Source of the DNA: an uncultured Desulfospira sp.
Lineage (GTDB): Bacteria; Desulfobacterota; Desulfobacteria; Desulfobacterales; Desulfobacteraceae
DNA: 64,000 bases
Reading direction: 5' to 3'
Assembly (NCBI GenBank): GCA_963663165.1
Contig: OY760175.1
Span: 5,120,001 to 5,184,000 of the forward strand
Shown: positions 57,387-64,000 of the stretch, one piece after another
How the letters are laid out: each line of letters opens with the position of its first letter
Numbering within the stretch: the first letter of the stretch is position 1
The notes under the pieces: generated by a model
Database searches by the model: none
Seen by the model: only the letters and a program-made list of their open reading frames with translations
What the model was told of the DNA's origin: nothing
Made by a program: the position numbers and the translations under genes

Positions 57387-57988
57387 CCCAGTTGCTCTCA
57401 ATTGAATTTTTAGTTGCCGCGTTAATAATTATAAACTGTTTTCTGGTTATTTTTATATGGATCATTATCCGGCGGGTCAACCGGATCTGTGTCGAACACC
57501 AGGCGGGCAGCAGGGCAGCAGAGAACCATGAACCGGATAAGGAGGGTTTAGAGGCGGTTTGCGGGTCTTCGAGAAAAGTGCTGGATCTTTTGGAATCCCT
57601 GGTCAGGGAGGCAACCGATGCGGCCCAAAATTTTGAAGATCAGATTAAAGAAAAACGGACCGTATCCAAAAAGTTGAACAAGGCCCTGGACTCACGGATT
57701 ATCAGTATCAACCTGCTGTTGTCCCGGTCCGAAGCTCTCCAGAAGAAGTTTGAGGAACAGCAGCTCAAATGGCTGGACCAGGCCGCCCTCAAAACAGCCT
57801 GCCAGCCCGTGCCTTTTTCAGGCAGCATGAACATCCTGGACCAGCAGAACCGGATTATTGACCTGTACCATGGCAATAAAGACGTGGATACTATTGCACA
57901 GACCCTTTCCATTCCCAAAGAAGAGGTCCGGCTTGTGATTGACCTTAAGGAAAAGTTCAGGGCAATGGAGCAGGAGACAAGAGAATAG
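57383..57988 (+). CDS. Membrane protein with coiled coil and C-terminal HTH (DUF2802/SwrB-like)
   Basis: N-terminal TM; C-terminal GNKDVDTIAQTLSIPKEEVRLV; downstream of fliA. Confidence 0.6.
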   Translation: MTQLLSIEFLVAALIIINCFLVIFIWIIIRRVNRICVEHQAGSRAAENHEPDKEGLEAVCGSSRKVLDLLESLVREATDAAQNFEDQIKEKRTVSKKLNKALDSRIISINLLLSRSEALQKKFEEQQLKWLDQAALKTACQPVPFSGSMNILDQQNRIIDLYHGNKDVDTIAQTLSIPKEEVRLVIDLKEKFRAMEQETRE

Positions 57989-58025
57989 AAACAAGAGACA
58001 AGAAACCAGATAGAAGAAGGGCAGA

Positions 58026-59657
58026 ATGATCCCGGGCATCCCTGTTGGAAAGGCTGATATGATCCTGGCCCGATCCGGATCTGCCGGGTTGGATACCCTG
58101 ACGGGGGGAAAGGAAAACGCTGTGCTGACCGCCAGGGTCATGGGGATGGCCAAAGGCCCCGGACAGGCCATGCTGATGATCAATGGTCAGGAAACGCTTG
58201 TTAAAACAGAGCTTTCCCTTGTGCCGGGCCAGAAGTTGCGGCTTACGGTTAGCCACCAGGCAAAGGATACCGTTGTTCTCAAGCCTGCAGAGCCTGTGGC
58301 GGTATCCGGAAAAGTAATCCTTGGAACCCAGATTCAACCATCCGATATCGTCCTGCCCCGGTCAGAAACAGCCGGATCATCGTCCCGGCAGATATTCAAG
58401 GAAAACACCGTCCTGACCGCCAACGTCCTGGAGCAGTCGCCCGGTTCCGGACAGGCCCGGCTGATGATCAATGGCCGGGAAATGGTGGTCAAAACCGGCC
58501 TTTCCCTGACACCGGGTCAGGACTTGCCCCTTAAGGTTTCCCAGACAACGGATACCGTTGTTTTCAAACCGGCTGGATCCATGGAGGCATCCGGAAAAAT
58601 GATCCTTGAAACGCATATGGGGAAGTCTGAAATTGTTCTGCCCCGGTCCGGAACGGCCGGATCACAACCCCTTCCGGTTTTTAAGAAAAACACGGTCCTG
58701 ACCGCCAGGGTCATGGGGCAGCCGCCCGGACCCGGACAGGCCCGGCTTATGATCAACGGCCAGGAACTGGTGGTGAAAACCGATCTTTCCCTTGCGCCGG
58801 GGCAGGATTTGCAGCTTCGGGTTTCACAGGCAACAGATACGGTTGTCCTTAAACCGGTGGGCCCCATGGATACCCCCGCCTCCCCGGGCCTTGGCCGGCT
58901 GCTTACCTTTTTTGCAAAAGAAACCGGAATTCAGGATATGTTCAAGGCAGATGATCCGTCCCTGCCGGCGGCCCTGGGCCGGACCGCCTTAAAATCCGAT
59001 AAGGCGGAGCCGGGTTTTCTGCCAAAACTGCTGGAAACCGGGGGATTGCTTCTGGAAAAAAAACTAAGCGCGTTTATCCGGGATGGCAAACTGGATGTGC
59101 TTGAAAAAAATTTTTCAGCCATTCTTGAACAGGATACCAAGGGTGGGGCCATGAAACTTGCCGGGGAGAGCGTGGCCAAAGGCGGTCAAAACAGCCCGGC
59201 AGCGGTCCTGCTGGATACCATTGAAAATCTTCAGATCATGAATAGCCAAGCGGATTCCGGGCGATATCTGCTCGCATTCCCCGTGTTAGAGGATTCCGGC
59301 TTTAATTTCGGGCAGATTTATTTTGATCTGGGCGGAAAAAAAGAAGCCAGAGACGGAAAAGAAGAAAAAAATATCAAGGTCTCTTTTCTTCTGGACATGA
59401 CCCGCCTTGGCCGGGTCCGGGCAGATTTTTCCATCCTGGACCGTGCGGTGAGCGGCCGGTTTCTGCTGGAGACTGAAGATATCTGCTCTTTTACGCAATC
59501 CAGGATATCCGATCTAGGCTCCAGACTTGAAAAAATCGGGTATCACCTGATTAACATAGACTGCCAGGTGGCCCAAAAAAATGAGCTGGCCCCTTATGTG
59601 TTCATGGAATCCATGCAGGAAAAACAGCCGGACCGGGTGGTCAATATTGTCATTTGA
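58026..59657 (+). CDS. FliK-like protein with three N-terminal repeats
   Basis: Three copies of VLTA.V...GQA.LMING....VKT.LSL.PGQ.L.L.VS; C-terminal LDMTRLGRVRA. Confidence 0.7.
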   Translation: MIPGIPVGKADMILARSGSAGLDTLTGGKENAVLTARVMGMAKGPGQAMLMINGQETLVKTELSLVPGQKLRLTVSHQAKDTVVLKPAEPVAVSGKVILGTQIQPSDIVLPRSETAGSSSRQIFKENTVLTANVLEQSPGSGQARLMINGREMVVKTGLSLTPGQDLPLKVSQTTDTVVFKPAGSMEASGKMILETHMGKSEIVLPRSGTAGSQPLPVFKKNTVLTARVMGQPPGPGQARLMINGQELVVKTDLSLAPGQDLQLRVSQATDTVVLKPVGPMDTPASPGLGRLLTFFAKETGIQDMFKADDPSLPAALGRTALKSDKAEPGFLPKLLETGGLLLEKKLSAFIRDGKLDVLEKNFSAILEQDTKGGAMKLAGESVAKGGQNSPAAVLLDTIENLQIMNSQADSGRYLLAFPVLEDSGFNFGQIYFDLGGKKEARDGKEEKNIKVSFLLDMTRLGRVRADFSILDRAVSGRFLLETEDICSFTQSRISDLGSRLEKIGYHLINIDCQVAQKNELAPYVFMESMQEKQPDRVVNIVI

Positions 59658-59669
59658 CAGGATGGAAAC

Positions 59670-59939
59670 GTGACCAGGAAACCGATAAAAAAGGCCGTGG
59701 CCTTAAGGTACGATAGAACAAAAGACCCGGCCCCGAGGGTAACCGCCAAAGGCAAGGGGCCGGTGGCACAAAAGATCATTGAGCTTGCCCAAAAACATGA
59801 TATTCCTATAAAAGATGACCCTGACCTTATCGAAGTCCTTTCCACTCTGGATATAGACCAGGAAATTCCCCCGGAACTTTATGTGGCTGTGGCCGAATTA
59901 TTGGCCTTTGTTTATTCCTTAAACAAGGAAAAAGGCTAA
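59670..59939 (+). CDS. Stand-alone FlhB C-terminal domain protein (EscU/YscU/HrcU family)
   Basis: KKAVALRYD...APRVTAKGKG..A..I...A; EIPPELYVAVAELLAFVY. Confidence 0.92.
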   Translation: MTRKPIKKAVALRYDRTKDPAPRVTAKGKGPVAQKIIELAQKHDIPIKDDPDLIEVLSTLDIDQEIPPELYVAVAELLAFVYSLNKEKG

Positions 59940-60631
59940 ACTGCGAGGAAAGAAGTGATTTTCTTTTCATCAATTGAGCCGCGGACGTCTTCATGAATAA
60001 ATTTTCCGGATTCAATGACCAGCATCCTGTCTGCAATGGCCATGGTAAAACTGAGCACCTGCTCTGTCACGATGATGGTCAGGTTTTTCATTATCTTAAT
60101 TTCATTGAGCATTCTGGCCATATCTTTAATAATTGAGGGCTGGATGCCTTCGGTGGGTTCATCGAGAATAAGCACTTTGGGCTCAGCCACCAAAGCCCTT
60201 GCAATGGCCAGCTGCTGTTGCTGCCCGCCGGAAAGGTTGCCCCCTTTTCGTTTTCTCATGTCATACAAAACATGAAATAAATTGTATACTTCGCTGAGCA
60301 GTTCGAATTTATTGTTCAGCGTATGTTCCATTCCTGTCAGGATATTTTCCTCTACGGTAAGGGATGAAAATATTTGCCGGCCCTGGGGCACATAGGCCAA
60401 ACCATTTTTCACCCTCATGTTGGCCGGAATGTTGGTCAAGTCGGTGTCCCCTAGCATAATGGAGCCTGATTTTGCCGGGTTGATGCCGATCAGGCTTTTC
60501 ATCAAGGTTGTTTTGCCCATACCGTTCCGCCCCATGATGGCCAGGACTTCTCCTTGGACCGCCTCGAAACTGATTCCGTGTATGACTTCACTCTGCCCAT
60601 AGGCTATATATAGATCATTTACTTTTAACAT
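59936..60631 (-). CDS. urtE: Urea ABC transporter ATPase UrtE
   Basis: GRNGMGKTT, YVPQGRQIF, LSGGQQQQLAIARAL, DEPTEGIQPSII. Confidence 0.92.
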   Translation of the reverse strand: MLKVNDLYIAYGQSEVIHGISFEAVQGEVLAIMGRNGMGKTTLMKSLIGINPAKSGSIMLGDTDLTNIPANMRVKNGLAYVPQGRQIFSSLTVEENILTGMEHTLNNKFELLSEVYNLFHVLYDMRKRKGGNLSGGQQQQLAIARALVAEPKVLILDEPTEGIQPSIIKDMARMLNEIKIMKNLTIIVTEQVLSFTMAIADRMLVIESGKFIHEDVRGSIDEKKITSFLAV

Positions 60632-60688
60632 CGCACTCTTATCCTTCCATCGGTAAAGGTGAAAGTTTATTGAACATCATGTGGCACA

Positions 60689-61432
60689 TCAGTGTCCCAG
60701 ATATACTTCGATAACTTTTTCATTTTTTTCAATATGTTCCATGGAACCTTCCGCAAGGATTTTCCCCTGATGCATAACAGTGACCCTGTCGGCAATTTCT
60801 TTTACAAAATTCATGTCATGTTCGATTATGAGAACGGAATGTTCCTTGCGGATTTTTTTTAATAATTCGCCGGTTTTCTTTCTTTCTTCCACACTCATTC
60901 CGGCCACGGGCTCATCCAGAAGCAGCAGTTTGGGATCAGCAATCAGCAACATGCCGATTTCAAGCCATTGTTTCTGGCCATGGCTGAGCAGATCTCCGGG
61001 AGTGTACAGCTGGTCTTTGAGAAAGATCAGCTCCGCCACTTCATGAATTCGATCAACAACCTCTTTGTCCTGTTTGAAGGTCAATGCCCCCCACACGCTT
61101 CTGCCCCGGGGATAGGAGACCTCAAGGTTTTCAAAAACGGTGAGTGCCGGATAGATGGAAGGGGTCTGAAATTTTCGCCCTACACCCGCCTGAACAATTT
61201 TTTGTTCCGGCAGCTTGCTGATTTCCTGGTCTAAAAAATTGATGGATCCTGCTGTTGACCGGGTTTTTCCGCAAATTAAATCCAGCAGCGTGGTTTTACC
61301 GGCACCGTTAGGGCCTATCACTACATGCAGTGCGCCCTGTTCCACATATAGTGAAACATCATCCACTGCTTTAAACCCATCAAACGAGACAGTCAGTCCT
61401 TCAATTGAAAGTACAAAATTGTTAAAAGCCAT
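60689..61432 (-). CDS. urtD: Urea ABC transporter ATPase UrtD
   Basis: VSFDGFKA, GRKFQTP, LSHGQKQWLEIGM. Confidence 0.93.
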   Translation of the reverse strand: MAFNNFVLSIEGLTVSFDGFKAVDDVSLYVEQGALHVVIGPNGAGKTTLLDLICGKTRSTAGSINFLDQEISKLPEQKIVQAGVGRKFQTPSIYPALTVFENLEVSYPRGRSVWGALTFKQDKEVVDRIHEVAELIFLKDQLYTPGDLLSHGQKQWLEIGMLLIADPKLLLLDEPVAGMSVEERKKTGELLKKIRKEHSVLIIEHDMNFVKEIADRVTVMHQGKILAEGSMEHIEKNEKVIEVYLGH

Positions 61433-61446
61433 TTTCTTTAGCCCTT

Positions 61447-61542
61447 TATAGGAAAGTCTTGCTTACAGTTTATAAAGACTTTCATTTTTCGTTGTAGCCC
61501 ACTGCTTGGTCGGGGAACCCAAGCCGGTCCGTTGCCGTTATA
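61447..61542 (-). repeat. ~90-bp dispersed hairpin element, copy G (diverged)
   Basis: gaaagtct...agactttca...gttgtagcc...cttggtcggggaacccaag...ggtccgttgccgttat. Confidence 0.75.
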
Positions 61543-61570
61543 TGGTAATGTTTTTACCGGTAGCCGGCAT

Positions 61571-62740
61571 TTAAGAATTCACTGATTCAGCCGGTGAAGA
61601 CATATCCTGACTTTTTTTTCCTGAAAAAAACTTTTTGATAAAAGCGGAGAAATGCGGCCCGTAATCCTCAATAATGCCGGCAACGCCATTGGGAAATGCC
61701 ATGGTCGTGAGAATAAAGGTGGCACCCATCAGGAACATCCACAATTCAGGGAATAACTCTGAAAAATAGGTCCTGCCAAAACAAACGATCAATGTTCCGT
61801 ATACGGCCCCGACCAGAGACAGACGTCCGCCAAGCGCACAGAATATAACCATATAGATGGATGGCTCAATGGTGACCAGTTTCGGCGACATAAAGCCCAC
61901 GTTAAAAACAAATAACGCGCCGCCGATAGCTGATATGACGGCTGAAAGAGTAAAAATAAATATCTGGAAATTGGATACGTCATACCCTGAAAACCTTACC
62001 CGGTATTCCATATCCCGCGCAGCAATCAGCAGCCTGCCAAGTTTGGAGCGCAAAATAAATTTTCCGACTATTATGACCGCCAGCAAAAGAATAACGGTTA
62101 AAAAATATAGGATATATTGTGCGGATACCGTTCTTATATCCCACCCCAGGCAGGTCCGCAAATCGGTAATTCCGTTAATCCCGCCAGTCCAGCCCTGCCG
62201 GGTGACAAACAAAATTTCCATAATCCAGCATAAGGCCTGGGTAATAATTGCAAAATATACGCCACTGACCCGCCGTTTGAATATGGCCACGCCTACTATG
62301 AGTGAAACCACACCTGGCAGAACGGCGACAAAGATAAGGGTTAAGGGAAAGCTTTTAAACGGGTACCAGATTAAGGGCAGTTCGGTAATCTGGTTCCAGT
62401 CCATGAAATCCGGCAGGCCGACGGTGGAAAGGGCCTTGATCTGATCCGTCCCGGCCTCTTTGGCGATATTGGCCGCCGCTTCCAGTTTGAGAAAAGCCGC
62501 CATGGCATAGCCGCCCAGGCCCCAGAAGACGCCTTGACCCAGGCTGAGAATTCCGCCGTATCCCCAGCATAGAACCAGCCCGACTGCGGCAAAAGCCAGG
62601 CTCAGATATTTACCGATCAGGTTAAGCCTGAAAATATCAAAGACCAGGGGAAATACGATAAACAAAATGAGTGCCAGAATCAGAAATGATATGCTCTGGC
62701 TTTTGTCTCCGGTTATTTTATTATCTAATAAATTCTTCAC
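61571..62740 (-). CDS. urtC: Urea ABC transporter permease UrtC
   Basis: WGYGGILSLGQG, LPDFMDWN, GVYFAIITQA. Confidence 0.92.
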   Translation of the reverse strand: MKNLLDNKITGDKSQSISFLILALILFIVFPLVFDIFRLNLIGKYLSLAFAAVGLVLCWGYGGILSLGQGVFWGLGGYAMAAFLKLEAAANIAKEAGTDQIKALSTVGLPDFMDWNQITELPLIWYPFKSFPLTLIFVAVLPGVVSLIVGVAIFKRRVSGVYFAIITQALCWIMEILFVTRQGWTGGINGITDLRTCLGWDIRTVSAQYILYFLTVILLLAVIIVGKFILRSKLGRLLIAARDMEYRVRFSGYDVSNFQIFIFTLSAVISAIGGALFVFNVGFMSPKLVTIEPSIYMVIFCALGGRLSLVGAVYGTLIVCFGRTYFSELFPELWMFLMGATFILTTMAFPNGVAGIIEDYGPHFSAFIKKFFSGKKSQDMSSPAESVNS

Positions 62741-62801
62741 GATACGTTTCCTTCTGAATGTTGCCGATAAAAATGATGTATTGCCTTTAACTGCTGATGG
62801 G

Positions 62802-63743
62802 TTATTGACGGATTTTGCTTGAGACCAGCCCCTGGGGACGGATCATGATGATTCCGATAACAATTAAAAGAACAAATACTTTAGCCAAAACTCCGGTGAG
62901 GAAAAATTCAAGAATTGATTGTGCCTGGGCAATGCCGAATGCGGATAAGATGGTGCCGATAATGCTTCCCGCACCGCCAAAGACAACCACGATAAACGTG
63001 TCCACAATGTACAAAGAGCCTGCCGAAGGAGAGACGGATCCAATGGTTGTGAATGCGGCGCCGGCAATCCCTGCCAGGCCGCAGCCCAGTGCAAAGGTGC
63101 CCCGGTCTACGGTTTTGCTGTTAATGCCCACAGCATTGGCCATTTCCCGATTCTGTACGGTGGCGCGGATCCGAAGGCCCCAGCGGGACCGATACATCAG
63201 GACAACCACGATAATGGTCATGATTATCGACATGGCAAAAAGAAAGAGCCCGTTAATAGGAATATCGATGGCATCTGTCGGGGACCAGGATCCCATGAGC
63301 CAGTCCGGCATGGTGGCACTGTCTTCACGGGCGCCGAAAATAAGCCTGACAGCCTGCTGAATTCCCATACTGATTCCCCAGGTGGCAAGCAATGTATCAA
63401 GGGGCCTGTGATAAAGATGGGAAACAACCAGGCGCTCCATGATGTAGCCCAGAATAAAAGAGACCAGAAAGGCCATCAGTATGGCTAAAAAGAAGTAATA
63501 CGGTAACATTGACGGCATGTATTTGGTGACCAGATCTGAGAGCATAACCGTCGTATAAGCCCCGGCTGTCAAGAATTCACCATGTGCCATGTTGATGACC
63601 TTCATTTGCCCGAAGATAATGGCAAGCCCGAGCGCCATCAGCAGGAAGACGGAGAATAAACTGATTCCGGAGAACCCTTGCATGATGAAAATACTGGTAA
63701 GTTCATCCGCGCTGTAATCTTTGAATATATCAAGAAAGAGCAA
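62802..63743 (-). CDS. urtB: Urea ABC transporter permease UrtB
   Basis: GLAIIFGQMKVINMAHGEF, LYHRPLDTLLATWG, RPQG. Confidence 0.92.
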   Translation of the reverse strand: MLFLDIFKDYSADELTSIFIMQGFSGISLFSVFLLMALGLAIIFGQMKVINMAHGEFLTAGAYTTVMLSDLVTKYMPSMLPYYFFLAILMAFLVSFILGYIMERLVVSHLYHRPLDTLLATWGISMGIQQAVRLIFGAREDSATMPDWLMGSWSPTDAIDIPINGLFLFAMSIIMTIIVVVLMYRSRWGLRIRATVQNREMANAVGINSKTVDRGTFALGCGLAGIAGAAFTTIGSVSPSAGSLYIVDTFIVVVFGGAGSIIGTILSAFGIAQAQSILEFFLTGVLAKVFVLLIVIGIIMIRPQGLVSSKIRQ

Positions 63744-64000
63744 TGGTATTCCTCCTGTGTAAGGCTGTTGACGTCTGTTTTAACAGCCTTGGTTGATTTG
63801 AGACAAAAATCTCCCCTTTTTAATATCTTGAACGTTTTTTTTCGGGGAGCACTCAGACTAAGAATTCACGAAAAGCCAAACCGCTTATTAATTGGTTAAG
63901 TCGCAACTCTCATCATAACTGCCAAGAAGGTTGATTCTCAGTTGTTTTTTGTGGGGTGCCCCTTTCAAAACGGGATTCGATGATCTGATTTATCAAGGGG

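Noticed and set aside
63761..63790. Hairpin aaggctgttg...taacagcctt upstream of urtB as a riboswitch
   Set aside because: It is a simple stem with no recognisable aptamer; more likely an intercistronic stabiliser, and the upstream context is cut off by the window end.

Overview
This is a large flagellar gene cluster, probably from a sulfate-reducing Desulfobacterales-type deltaproteobacterium (inferred from gene content and style). The order is: flgI(3' part)-flgJ; an unrelated TSUP transporter / TunR-type regulator / AT-rich DUF429 block; flgN-flgK-flgL-csrA-fliW; a minus-strand unit with two giant flagellins, fliD, fliS, a FliT-like gene and two flaG; a ~14 kb nonulosonic-acid (pseudaminic-like) glycosylation locus; tRNA-Lys and tRNA-Glu; fliK-flgD-flgE; fliLMNOPQR-flhBAFG-fliA; four accessory flagellar genes and a FlhB-C protein; then urtBCDE. 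The most striking observation is a membrane-anchored FliL-domain protein (55175-57052). Its predicted cytoplasmic arm carries 12 copies of an (L/I)SQDDID-xx-hydrophobic motif resembling the CheY-P docking peptide of FliM-N and CheZ-C. Also notable: very large acidic axial proteins that share inserted modules, flagellins with hexapeptide-periodic cores under sigma28 versus sigma54 control, a ~90-bp three-hairpin element in 7 copies, and many intergenic 7-bp periodic repeats, one inverted pair of which brackets a foreign-looking gene. All assignments come from reading motifs by eye; no database searches were run.
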